Counted from the first letter of the stretch, positions 1 through 8,747 are shown. The stretch is DNA of 24,000 nucleotides from an uncultured Candidatus Woesearchaeota archaeon (GCA_963835585.1 CAWIGF010000003.1:217347-241346); one strand, 5' to 3'. Translations and numbers: made by a program. The notes: generated by a model not told the origin, from the letters alone.

Positions 1-1002
1 TAAATCGATGATTCTCCTTCGCGCGGCATCAGCCAATTGTTCTATCTCTGCAGCAATGTCATCTATGTTCTTCTTGTCGGCGATTTTCAAAACAGGAACC
101 ATCAATCCATTTTGTGTATCTACAGCAAATCCGATGTTGTAATATTTTTTAAGAACAATTTCCTCATTTTCATCATCCATGTTTGCATTCAGATACGGAT
201 GTAGTTTCAGTGCTGCTATGACTGCCTTTATCACGAATGGGAGGAACGTCAAATGAATTCCTTTCTTCAATAGAACTTCCTTTTCCTTTTGTTGTATTTC
301 GAAAAGGTGTGTGACATCTACTTCATCAAAGTGACTGACTGGAACGGTTTTATGTGCAGCATCCATTAGATGGGATGCTATCGTCCTTCGTATACCGTTC
401 AACGGTATTTTCTCAACATATCCATAGACATCATAGTCCCTTTTTATGATTTTTACACCTGAGCTTGTTTCCACGACAGAGGATGTTGCTACCTTTACTT
501 CTCCAATTGAATGAAGAACATCCTCTTTTGTTACGGTTCCGTCCATGCCCGTCGGTGTTATGGTTGAAATATCAACTCCTTTTTCTTCGGCAAGCTTTCT
601 GACTGAAGGCAAAGCCTTTGCTTTCTTCCCTTCTTTTTGGGTTTCCTTTTCTGCAACAGCTATTTGCGTCACTTTAGGTTCTTCATATTCTGGCAATGAT
701 CCGACGACGGAGCCTGCATCTTTCGGTTTTTTTGTTTCCTGTTTTTGGGAGGCAATTCCTTTGCTTCCGTCGTCAATGACAACAAGCACGGCGCCGACTT
801 TCACATGCTCGCCTTCCTTTCCGAATATCTTTAATATCTTTCCAGCCTTGGGGCTTGGAATTTCAGCAATCGCCTTGTCTGTTTCAATCTCAAGAATGAC
901 TTGGTCTTGCTTTACTACATCTCCTTCTTTGACTTTCCATTTAATTATCTCTCCTTCCGTTATTCCTTCTCCAACATCAGGGAATTTGAATTCAAAGCTC
1001 AT
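1..1002 (-). CDS. 2-oxoacid dehydrogenase complex E2 (dihydrolipoamide acyltransferase), 3' end cut by window edge
   Basis: Absent from the ORF track because it has no stop in the window. I checked every minus-strand codon from ATG 1002-1000 to base 1 and the frame is open. Translation: MSFEFKFPDVGEGITEGEIIKWKVKEGDVVKQDQVILEIETDKAIAEIPSPKAGKILK (lipoyl domain, lipoyl-Lys codon 876-874). Then a charged linker, LPSVRKLAEEKGVDISTITPTGMDGTVTKEDV (peripheral-subunit-binding domain) and the start of the catalytic domain. ATGA start/stop overlap with E1beta. Confidence 0.9.
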   Translation of the reverse strand, partial: MSFEFKFPDVGEGITEGEIIKWKVKEGDVVKQDQVILEIETDKAIAEIPSPKAGKILKIFGKEGEHVKVGAVLVVIDDGSKGIASQKQETKKPKDAGSVVGSLPEYEEPKVTQIAVAEKETQKEGKKAKALPSVRKLAEEKGVDISTITPTGMDGTVTKEDVLHSIGEVKVATSSVVETSSGVKIIKRDYDVYGYVEKIPLNGIRRTIASHLMDAAHKTVPVSHFDEVDVTHLFEIQQKEKEVLLKKGIHLTFLPFVIKAVIAALKLHPYLNANMDDENEEIVLKKYYNIGFAVDTQNGLMVPVLKIADKKNIDDIAAEIEQLADAARRRIIDL

Positions 1003-1970
1003 CGCATCACCTTACTGATTGCTTCTATAATTCTTTCTTCATTAGGAAGGTAACTTGCCTCATTTTTGTACAATGGCATTATAGTATCGAATCCAGTGAC
1101 TCTTTTTACCGGTGCCTCTAACTCAAAAATTGCTTGTTCGTTGATTAATGCGCTTATTTCTGCTGCAACACCAAATGATCGTGGCGCTTCCTGCACTATT
1201 AGGCATCGTCCTGTTTTTTTGACTGAGTTTATGATTGTTTCAACATCCAATGGAGAAATTGTGCGTAAGTCAATAAGTTCTATGTCGTATTTGTCTTTTA
1301 TTTGATCAATTGCCTTTTGTGCAATCCACAACATTGCTCCGTATGCAATGACAGTTATATCTTTTCCTTCTTTGACGATTCTTGCCTTTCCTATTGGTAT
1401 TGTGTATGATTTTTCCGGAACTTCTTCCTTTATTGCTCTGTAAACTCTCTTCGGTTCCATGAAAATGACCGGATCGGGGTCTCGTATGGCGCTTGCCAGC
1501 AATCCTTTCGCCTCGTAAGGCGTTGCAGGAATTACGACCTTTATTCCGGGAATGTGGCCGTAATGGGCTTCAGGAGATTCTGAGTGATGTTCTAATGCTC
1601 GTATTCCTCCCGAATACGGGAATCGTATCACCAATGGGCATGTAAAATGCCCCCTGGATCTGTTTCGCAAACGTGCAACGTGATTGACAATCTGATTGAA
1701 CGCAGGATATGCAAATCCATCGAACTGAATTTCAGCGACTGGTTTCAATCCATATAACGCAAGCCCGATTGACGTTCCGACAATTCCTGATTCTGCCAAA
1801 GGTGTATCGATAACCCTGTTTTCCCCAAATTTCCTTACCAAACCATCCGTAACCCTGAATACGCCGCCATCAACACCAACATCTTCTCCAAGGATTATAA
1901 CATTTTTGTCTCTTTTCATTTCTTGCTCAAGCGCAAGGTTCAACGCCTCAACCATATTCATCTGTGCCAT
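999..1970 (-). CDS. 2-oxoacid (pyruvate/branched-chain) dehydrogenase E1 component beta subunit
   Basis: 323 aa. The N-terminus MAQMNMVEALNLALEQEMKRDKNVIILGEDVG..GGVFRVTDGL and the transketolase-like C-terminal region are typical of the E1beta family. 1-nt overlap with E1alpha (TAATG). Confidence 0.93.
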   Translation of the reverse strand: MAQMNMVEALNLALEQEMKRDKNVIILGEDVGVDGGVFRVTDGLVRKFGENRVIDTPLAESGIVGTSIGLALYGLKPVAEIQFDGFAYPAFNQIVNHVARLRNRSRGHFTCPLVIRFPYSGGIRALEHHSESPEAHYGHIPGIKVVIPATPYEAKGLLASAIRDPDPVIFMEPKRVYRAIKEEVPEKSYTIPIGKARIVKEGKDITVIAYGAMLWIAQKAIDQIKDKYDIELIDLRTISPLDVETIINSVKKTGRCLIVQEAPRSFGVAAEISALINEQAIFELEAPVKRVTGFDTIMPLYKNEASYLPNEERIIEAISKVMR

Positions 1971-3037
1971 TATTTCTTGAACTCCTTTATGTAATCCAGC
2001 TGCTCTTTCATCGATGGTGTAATTTCACTATATAGATATTTGAACATATCATCCAATTCAGGTGCAGGCATAGCTTCCGCGGCTGCGACCTCCGCCTCTA
2101 TTATTTTGTCAGTATCCCTTATGAATTTCTCTTCATTCTTCTCGGACCATATTTTTTCTTTTGTGATATATTTTTTCAGTCGTGCAATTGGATCTTTCTT
2201 TATCCATTCCTTCACTTCAGAATCTTTCCTATATTTTGTCGCGTCATCGGATGTTGTATGATTTGCAATTCGATATGTATACATCTCAATTAATGTCGCA
2301 CCTTTTCCCTCTCTCGCACGTTTTGCAGCCTGTTCCGCTGCAGAATACATTGCAAACACGTCGTTTCCATCAACTTTTATTCCCTCAATGCCGTATGCAA
2401 TCGCTTTCTGCGCAAGAGTTTTTGACGCTGTTTGTTTTCTCACGGGAACTGAAATTGCATATTGGTTGTTTTGGCATAAAAATATGGCGGGAACCTTGAA
2501 CACGCCTGCAAAATTCATTGCTTCGTGGAAATCTCCCTCGCTTGTTGCTCCATCTCCAAAGAAACCAAGTGCGACGTTCTTCTTGTTTTTTAATTTCATT
2601 CCCCATGCCAACCCTGCAGTGTGCAGCACTTGTGAACCGACTGGAATTGTAATTGGCAACGTTGTTGGAGAATCCTCTGAGAAATTTCCTCTTTCATCAC
2701 CGCCCCACACAAGAACATAGTTTCTTGGTTTGACTCCCCTGTAAAGTCCAGCTGCCATCTCCCTAAATGACTGAACCATCCAATCATCCTTTGTGAGGAC
2801 AGCTGCTGCCCCAACTTGCGCTTCCTGTCCTCTAATTTGGGCGAATGTACCGATTCTTCCCTGTCTTTGCAATGCAAGAAGCTTATCGTCAAATTTTCTT
2901 GCAAAAACCATTGTTTTGTACAGTTTGAGAATAATTTCTTTGCTGATTTTTGGCATGAGTGCTTTGTCTACATTGCCTTTCTCATCAAGAATTTGAAGAT
3001 ACTCTATTTTAAACTCAGCAATTGTTTGCTTTGTCAT
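1970..3037 (-). CDS. 2-oxoacid dehydrogenase E1 component alpha subunit (TPP-dependent)
   Basis: 355 aa. TPP-binding signature GDGATSEGDFHEAMNFA...NN, family-typical YRxxxHTTSDD. GAGG-type SD (aaagaggcg) upstream of the ATG. Confidence 0.93.
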   Translation of the reverse strand: MTKQTIAEFKIEYLQILDEKGNVDKALMPKISKEIILKLYKTMVFARKFDDKLLALQRQGRIGTFAQIRGQEAQVGAAAVLTKDDWMVQSFREMAAGLYRGVKPRNYVLVWGGDERGNFSEDSPTTLPITIPVGSQVLHTAGLAWGMKLKNKKNVALGFFGDGATSEGDFHEAMNFAGVFKVPAIFLCQNNQYAISVPVRKQTASKTLAQKAIAYGIEGIKVDGNDVFAMYSAAEQAAKRAREGKGATLIEMYTYRIANHTTSDDATKYRKDSEVKEWIKKDPIARLKKYITKEKIWSEKNEEKFIRDTDKIIEAEVAAAEAMPAPELDDMFKYLYSEITPSMKEQLDYIKEFKK

Positions 3038-3059
3038 ACGCCTCTTTGTAATGGAAATC

Positions 3060-3983
3060 TCATTTATTCTTTATAAGGCTATTGCTCGGTTTTAGTATGT
3101 TTTTGATGAACAATTCCCCTGCCTTGTATGAGCTTCTCACAAAAGGGCCTGATGCTACAAAAGCAAAACCAAATTTTTCTCCTTTTTTTCTGTAATCCTC
3201 AAAAACATCCGGATGTATGTATTCAACAAATGGAAGGTGTCGTTGGCTTGGCCTTAGATACTGGCCTATTGTGAATATGTTGACTCCTATTTTGAGCAGA
3301 TCTTTCATTGCTTGTTCTACTTCTTCTCTTGTCTCTCCCAGACCGACCATGATTCCTGATTTTGTTATGATGTTTTTATCGAGTTTTTTTACATTTTCAA
3401 GAACTGAAAGCGATTGCGCGTAGTTTGCACGGATATCTCTTGTCCTTCTTTGCAGTCGTTCAACAGTTTCTATGTTGTGGCTGATTACATCTGGCTTTGC
3501 ATCCGTGATATTTTTCAATAATTTGATGTCTCCATTAAAATCAGGGATGAGCACTTCAACAATCATATTGGGATTCCCTAGCTTTATTGCTCTTATGCAA
3601 TTCGCAAAATGAATGCTTCCTTGATCTTCCAAATCATCCCTGTCGACGGATGTCAGAACGACATAATCGAAGATTCCGATCTCTTTCAATGCTTTAACGA
3701 GCTTTTGTGGTTCTTCTTTGTCTATGTCCTCTCCTTTCGCAGCGGTTTTCACGTTGCAGAATCTGCAGCCTCTTGTGCACGTGTCCCCCAAAACCATGAA
3801 TGTTGCAGTTCCTCCTGACCAGCACTCGGAATTATTCGGGCAATGCCCCTCTGCGCAGATTGTTGTCAGCCTATATTTTTTTATGATTCTCTTGACATCA
3901 GAAAACTGATTTGTGGAAGGCTTTATTTTGAACCATTCGGGCTTGTGAGAAATTCCCTTGAAGACTACGTTGGTGTCTGTCAT
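3060..3983 (-). CDS. lipA: lipoyl synthase (radical SAM)
   Basis: 307 aa. CAEGHCPNNSECW plus the radical-SAM cluster CTRGCRFCNV, the two Cys triads diagnostic of LipA. Lies directly upstream of the lipoate-dependent E1/E2 genes. Confidence 0.95.
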   Translation of the reverse strand: MTDTNVVFKGISHKPEWFKIKPSTNQFSDVKRIIKKYRLTTICAEGHCPNNSECWSGGTATFMVLGDTCTRGCRFCNVKTAAKGEDIDKEEPQKLVKALKEIGIFDYVVLTSVDRDDLEDQGSIHFANCIRAIKLGNPNMIVEVLIPDFNGDIKLLKNITDAKPDVISHNIETVERLQRRTRDIRANYAQSLSVLENVKKLDKNIITKSGIMVGLGETREEVEQAMKDLLKIGVNIFTIGQYLRPSQRHLPFVEYIHPDVFEDYRKKGEKFGFAFVASGPFVRSSYKAGELFIKNILKPSNSLIKNK

Positions 3984-4006
3984 TTTTTTATTTTAAAAAT
4001 AAAAAT

Positions 4007-4306
4007 TTACTTCCCTGTTGCCCAGTCTTTCAACTTACCATATGGTGCGAAGCCGCAGATGAACTTTCCTGTTTTTTTGTTTACGAAGAAAGGAACTCCG
4101 TTGCATTTGCCTATTGATTCTTTTTGGAATTCTGCCTGGTTAGCCGCATTGTGCCAGCACTCTTTCTTTACAACTTTAACACCTATGTCTTTTTCGAGTT
4201 TTTCAATGTCAGGAGCCATCTGAACGCAGAAGTGGCATTCTGTTCCATAATACTCAACCAAATCCCCTTCGCTTGGTCCTTTTTCTGTTTTTTTTGCCGC
4301 TGCCAT
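4007..4306 (-). CDS. thioredoxin-fold CxxC protein (paralogue A)
   Basis: CHFC active-site motif, cis-Pro loop NGVPFF, about 40% identical by eye to ORF 10566-10832. The ORF track starts at TTG 4360 and an ATG lies at 4354. I prefer ATG 4306 because GGTGAT (SD-like) sits 3 nt upstream; the start is uncertain. Confidence 0.75.
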   Translation of the reverse strand: MAAAKKTEKGPSEGDLVEYYGTECHFCVQMAPDIEKLEKDIGVKVVKKECWHNAANQAEFQKESIGKCNGVPFFVNKKTGKFICGFAPYGKLKDWATGK

Positions 4307-4362
4307 ATGATCACCTATATTACGAATAGATGAAGGGTTTAAAATGTTTTTCATAAGCAAGC

Positions 4363-4370
4363 TTTAAAAA
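4363..4370. promoter_or_regulatory. TATA-like element (tttaaaaa) in divergent intergenic region
   Basis: Centre is about 27 nt upstream of ATG 4395 (MDAFFNPKTIAVIGAS). May also serve the minus-strand Trx/lipA/E1/E2 operon. Confidence 0.4.
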
Positions 4371-4394
4371 CACTGTTTGATGTATTTGTTCTTT

Positions 4395-5627
4395 ATGGAT
4401 GCATTCTTCAACCCAAAGACAATCGCAGTAATAGGCGCCTCTTCAAGTCCAAATAAAATAGGGAGGGTTGTGTTTGATACCTTGCTTAATTCAGGGAAAA
4501 AAGTTTATCCAATAAATCCAAATGCGGAATTGATTTCTGGAGTTAGATGCTATCCGAACCTAACTGCAATAGGCAAGGTCGACTTGATTGTCGTGGCTGT
4601 TCCTGTCCCTCAAACACTGGAAGTGATGGAAGAGGCAGGGAAAATAGGAATCAGGCATGCAGTGATCATAACGGCGGGATTCAAAGAGGAAGGAAATTAC
4701 GATGCAGACACTAAGCTTACTGAAATTTGCTCAAAATATAAGATAGACGTAATCGGTCCAAACTGTCTTGGCATAATTGACACGTATTCGGGTATTGATG
4801 CGGTATTCCTGCCACCAAACAGGCTGAAAAGGCCTAAAAAAGGAGGAATAAGCTTCATAACACAGTCTGGTGCAACAGGCTCTGCAATCCTTGACGTTCT
4901 TGGCTCATTGGGAGTTTCAAAGTTCATCAGCTACGGCAACGCCCTTAATCTCAATGAAACAGATTATCTGGAATATCTTGCGAAGGATAGATCGACGAAA
5001 ATAATCTGCATGTATGTGGAAGGGATCAAGGATGGACACAGATTTTTCAAAGTCTGCTCAAAAATAAAAAAACCAATTGTTGTGTTGAAAGGCGGGACTA
5101 CAAAGGAAGGAGGCAAGGCAACATTGTCCCATACAGGTTCGTTGGCAGGGGATGCTGAAATATATTCTGGAATCTTCAAGCAATTGAATATGATTGAAGC
5201 TTCAGGAATAAGGGAAATGCTCGGAGCCTTAGAGTTGCTGAACAAAAACATTAAAGGAAAAACAATTGGTGTCATTACCAATGGTGGCGGTTACGGAATT
5301 CTTACCGTGGATAATTTGATAAAAGCAGGGTTGCATTTCGCAGGCCTTGTTGATTTATTCGGGGACGCGAGCAATGAGTCTTATAAAAAGGCGATAAATG
5401 CAATGAAATCGGACATTATTATCTGTAATGTTCTGTTCCAAACTCCACTTCTAGACGAATCTCTTGTCGACATACTGATTGATGAGGCAAAAAAGAAGAA
5501 GCTTGTTGTCGTTTCAACAGGCTCTGAATATGTTGATGTATTGAAGCACAAACTTATTGCTAATGGTGTTTCTGTGTTCGACACTCCAGAAGAGGCGGTC
5601 GATGCGTTGCGGTTGGTCGTTGAATGA
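4395..5627 (+). CDS. CoA-binding protein, ADP-forming acyl-CoA synthetase (ACD) alpha-subunit-like
   Basis: N-terminal CoA-binding motif KTIAVIGASSSPNKIGR, SucD-like ligase domain with phospho-His loop LSHTGSLAG, then NGGGYGILTVD flavodoxin-like domain. Alternative starts at TTG 4377 and ATG 4380. No ATP-grasp beta subunit in the window. Confidence 0.8.
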   Translation: MDAFFNPKTIAVIGASSSPNKIGRVVFDTLLNSGKKVYPINPNAELISGVRCYPNLTAIGKVDLIVVAVPVPQTLEVMEEAGKIGIRHAVIITAGFKEEGNYDADTKLTEICSKYKIDVIGPNCLGIIDTYSGIDAVFLPPNRLKRPKKGGISFITQSGATGSAILDVLGSLGVSKFISYGNALNLNETDYLEYLAKDRSTKIICMYVEGIKDGHRFFKVCSKIKKPIVVLKGGTTKEGGKATLSHTGSLAGDAEIYSGIFKQLNMIEASGIREMLGALELLNKNIKGKTIGVITNGGGYGILTVDNLIKAGLHFAGLVDLFGDASNESYKKAINAMKSDIIICNVLFQTPLLDESLVDILIDEAKKKKLVVVSTGSEYVDVLKHKLIANGVSVFDTPEEAVDALRLVVE

Positions 5628-6163
5628 TTGAACGGATTGGGGCAATTCTTAGAGAACAAGAAATATTAAACGAACATGGAAACTTTTCAACAATAAGCAA
5701 GGAAACAGGAGTGCTTCTTTATGCTTTGGTTAAAATCAAAAATCCGAAAGCAGTCCTTGAAATCGGAACATCGATAGGTTATTCGAGCGTTTGGATTGCT
5801 TCTGCTTTTAAAAAAGGTTCAAAACTTATCTGCATAGACCGCTGGCCAGAGCGTTGTCACATTGCAAAGCAGTTTTTCAAGAAATCAAGATTGCCCATAA
5901 CATTAATGGAAGGAGATGCTTTGAAAATTATCCCACAACTTAAGCAGAAGTTCGATGCTGTTTTCCTCGATGCAACTAAATCAGAATACCTCAGATACTT
6001 GAAACTTCTGATAAATCACAATAAGCTAAATAGGAATGCGATGATTGTTGCGGACAATACAATTTCGCATGCAGACAAGATGCGTGATTTTCTCGAGTTC
6101 GCGAAGAAAAGAAAAGCTATGACTCTAAGTACAGGAAAGGGTATAACTATTTTTTCTGTTTGA
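5624..6163 (+). CDS. class I SAM-dependent O-methyltransferase (family 3 / caffeoyl-CoA OMT-like), short form
   Basis: 179 aa. SAM motif I VLEIGTSIGYS, downstream FDAVFLDATK and VADN typical of OMT family 3. ATGA overlap with the preceding gene. Confidence 0.72.
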   Translation: MIERIGAILREQEILNEHGNFSTISKETGVLLYALVKIKNPKAVLEIGTSIGYSSVWIASAFKKGSKLICIDRWPERCHIAKQFFKKSRLPITLMEGDALKIIPQLKQKFDAVFLDATKSEYLRYLKLLINHNKLNRNAMIVADNTISHADKMRDFLEFAKKRKAMTLSTGKGITIFSV

Positions 6164-6184
6164 GCACAAAAAATCTGAGTAAAG

Positions 6185-6193
6185 TTTATATAA
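6185..6193 (+). promoter_or_regulatory. TATA box (tttatataa)
   Basis: Centre is 26 nt upstream of ATG 6215, implying a leaderless transcript. Confidence 0.5.
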
Positions 6194-6214
6194 GGACTTT
6201 ATTTGGTTATTTGT

Positions 6215-7303
6215 ATGGCAAATATGGATATGTTTGACGAGGTAGGTCCTGAAAAGATTCTTGAGGTATATGATCCAAAGACAAAAGTGCATGGCTTCGT
6301 AGTTATAGATAATACGAAGCGGGGACCTGGCAAAGGCGGTATCCGAATGACGCCAACGGTATCCAGAGAAGAGGTTTTCAAATTGGCACGCACAATGACA
6401 TGGAAATCTGCCATGGCGGACTTGCCGTTCGGCGGTGCCAAGGCAGGAATCATCGCAAATCCTCATGCTATGAGCAGCAAGCAGAAACAAGATGTGGTAA
6501 GATCATTTGCTAAAGCGATTTCCTGCATTTCTCCTTCATTATATGTCGCAGCTCCGGACATTAATACTGCTGAACAAGATATGGAAACTATCGCAAAAGT
6601 TCTTGGCCCGAAATCATGCACTGGAAAACCTGCATACATGAAAGGACTGCCTCATGAACTTGGTTCAACAGGATTTGGTGTAGCTCATTCAACAAAAGTT
6701 GCATTGCAGTATCTAAATTTCAATCCAAAGACGACAACATTTGCAGTAGAAGGGTTCGGTAATGTTGGCTGGTTTGCAGCGAAACAACTCGTTGACATGG
6801 GATTAATACTAGTTGCAGTTTCTGATTCAAAGGGAGTTCTCTATAATAAAAATGGAATTGACTTCAAGAAGCTCGCAAAAGTTAAAAAGCAAACAGGCAG
6901 CGTAACAAACTACAGGCCAGGCAGCTTGCTTCCAACGCAAGATATCATAAATGTAAATGCGGACGTACTGGTTACTGCAGCGATTCCTGATTTGATACGA
7001 ATGGACAATTACAGTCGAGTAAAATCAAAGCTTGTCATTGAGGGTTCAAACATTCCCATGACGCAGGAAGTTGAACTTGCCTTGCATAAAAAAGGAATAC
7101 TTGTCGTTCCTGATTTCGTTGCAAACGCAGGTGGCGTAATTTCAAGCTACGTCGAATATATTGGCGGTTCCAAGAGGGAAATGTTTAAACTCGTTGATAA
7201 AAAAATAACAAAGAACACAAAAATAGTTCTTGATAGGGCAAAAAAAGAACGGGTTGCTCCGCGAACAGCCGCGATGAAGATAGCATTGGAAAGAATACAA
7301 TAG
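6215..7303 (+). CDS. Glu/Leu/Phe/Val dehydrogenase family protein, GDH-like, short form
   Basis: GPGKGGIRM, MTWKSAMADLPFGGAKAGI (catalytic Lys loop), Rossmann motif VEGFGNVG. The ORF track starts at TTG 6203; ATG 6215 fits the TATA spacing. Confidence 0.87.
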   Translation: MANMDMFDEVGPEKILEVYDPKTKVHGFVVIDNTKRGPGKGGIRMTPTVSREEVFKLARTMTWKSAMADLPFGGAKAGIIANPHAMSSKQKQDVVRSFAKAISCISPSLYVAAPDINTAEQDMETIAKVLGPKSCTGKPAYMKGLPHELGSTGFGVAHSTKVALQYLNFNPKTTTFAVEGFGNVGWFAAKQLVDMGLILVAVSDSKGVLYNKNGIDFKKLAKVKKQTGSVTNYRPGSLLPTQDIINVNADVLVTAAIPDLIRMDNYSRVKSKLVIEGSNIPMTQEVELALHKKGILVVPDFVANAGGVISSYVEYIGGSKREMFKLVDKKITKNTKIVLDRAKKERVAPRTAAMKIALERIQ

Positions 7304-7306
7304 TTT

Positions 7307-7936
7307 CTACAACTCAAGATAACTTATCAATTTTACGTTCTTATTTTCTCTTAAGAAATCCTGCAGTCTTACTATGCAGTCGAATTCAGCTTCTCTTTGC
7401 TTGTTTAGGCTTGATTTGCTCGATGAATCATATTTTCCAGGATGCATTGCTATTTCATAGCTATGTCCATCATTCATTTTCTTTAAGAAATTGAGTATCT
7501 CTTCGTAGTCTCCTTTTACAGACACCAGCACACGATCTGTTGTTTGCTTTGTATCTGATGGAATATCGTGATTTCTAGTAGGAAGATTGTGTTTATGTGC
7601 AAATTCGTTAATAGTTTTAACTGCATTTTCATTTCTTGTCATTTTGTGCACGTCCAAATGGCTAGGTTTAAAACCAAATACTTTGATGAATTTATTGTAT
7701 TGCTCTTCAACTTGTTCAGGCATTGGTTTTTCTAAATCAAGCTCTACGTGAAGTCCTATGCTAATTTTATCTTTCAAAGAAACAAGTTTGTTCAATTGTG
7801 TTCTTTGTTCTTCGGTTACCCTATTTATCATAACTGTTGTGGATTTGATTAATCTCTTTTCAAGCAGTTCGAGAATTTTTTCATTAAATATCATGCTCAT
7901 CCCAAAGTCGTCGGCATTTATGATGAGTTTAATCAT
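7307..7936 (-). CDS. YdjC/ChbG-family carbohydrate deacetylase-like protein
   Basis: 209 aa. MIKLIINADDFGMS, HLDVHKM and EIAMHPG match the conserved metal/active-site blocks of the YdjC family as I recall them. 9-nt spacer after the nitroreductase gene, so probably an operon. Confidence 0.78.
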   Translation of the reverse strand: MIKLIINADDFGMSMIFNEKILELLEKRLIKSTTVMINRVTEEQRTQLNKLVSLKDKISIGLHVELDLEKPMPEQVEEQYNKFIKVFGFKPSHLDVHKMTRNENAVKTINEFAHKHNLPTRNHDIPSDTKQTTDRVLVSVKGDYEEILNFLKKMNDGHSYEIAMHPGKYDSSSKSSLNKQREAEFDCIVRLQDFLRENKNVKLISYLEL

Positions 7937-7945
7937 TTTGTATTA

Positions 7946-8725
7946 TTAAAATTTTCTTGTCGCTGGTCTTTTAGGCAATTCCCTTGGTATCTCTGTGACA
8001 TTATTGGTGGGTTCTTCTTTTGGTCTCTCTTCCAAGAAATGATCCTGTGCAGGAGTTTCTTCTTTTTTCCTGCTGAATAATGATTTTATCTTTTCAAACA
8101 ATCCTTTTGTGTTTCTCTTTGTGATTTTTGCGATTTCCGATGTTACCTGCTGCCCTGCATTTCCCCATTCGCCGAACGCAACTGCAAGGTTCGCGATGTG
8201 CTCGCCATACTCTTCGAAATAGACAAACTTGCCTAATTCATATTTGCTTGATTGTTTTACGTTCTCAGCTGGATATCCTATAGTTACTAATGCATGGATT
8301 TGCGCAGGTGCTTTTATTTTAAGAACATCATTCAGTTGCTCTTCAGTGAATCCTACTACAAGCGAGCAGCCAAGACCGAGATTTGTAGCCTCAAGAAGCA
8401 TGTTTTCCACGGAAAAAGAGGTGTCTTGTACCGAATAAACTTTCTCACCTTTTGTTCCAAAGAATTTTCCGAGTTTCTGGTTCTCAGAGATAATCGCAAT
8501 TATCACAGGCGTGCTTTGCATCCATGTCTGGTTTCCGCATGCCTGTGCGATTGCTGTTTTTGTTTGATCTTTTTTTATGACAATGAAGCTCCTGTCTTGG
8601 AGATTTCCAGCGGAGGGGGCGAGGCGTCCTGCGTCGAGAATTAGGCCGAGCATTTCCCTGTCGACTGGCTTATCTGTGTACTTTCTGCAGCCCCATCGTT
8701 GTTCGATTGCAGCGTATGCATCCAT
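7946..8725 (-). CDS. nitroreductase-family flavoprotein with C-terminal charged extension
   Basis: N-terminal RWGCRKYTDKPV...ILDAGRLAPSAGNLQ is the nitroreductase signature. The last ~80 aa are low-complexity and Lys/Glu/Pro-rich. Confidence 0.82.
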   Translation of the reverse strand: MDAYAAIEQRWGCRKYTDKPVDREMLGLILDAGRLAPSAGNLQDRSFIVIKKDQTKTAIAQACGNQTWMQSTPVIIAIISENQKLGKFFGTKGEKVYSVQDTSFSVENMLLEATNLGLGCSLVVGFTEEQLNDVLKIKAPAQIHALVTIGYPAENVKQSSKYELGKFVYFEEYGEHIANLAVAFGEWGNAGQQVTSEIAKITKRNTKGLFEKIKSLFSRKKEETPAQDHFLEERPKEEPTNNVTEIPRELPKRPATRKF

Positions 8726-8747
8726 GCAAGTATTGCATGAAACTTCC

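Noticed and set aside
545-1018. Plus-strand 157-aa ORF, and similar antisense ORFs (1066-1305, 2388-2720, 2596-2904, 3843-4223, 4964-5281, 8950-9363, 9236-10054, 10108-10407, 16022-16528, 17978-18421, 18255-18557, 23281-23631).
   Set aside because: All lie antisense to, or out of frame within, long ORFs with strong family signatures or clear domain structure. Their translations are low-complexity (Ser/Phe/Leu/Ile-rich), as expected for shadow frames in AT-rich DNA.
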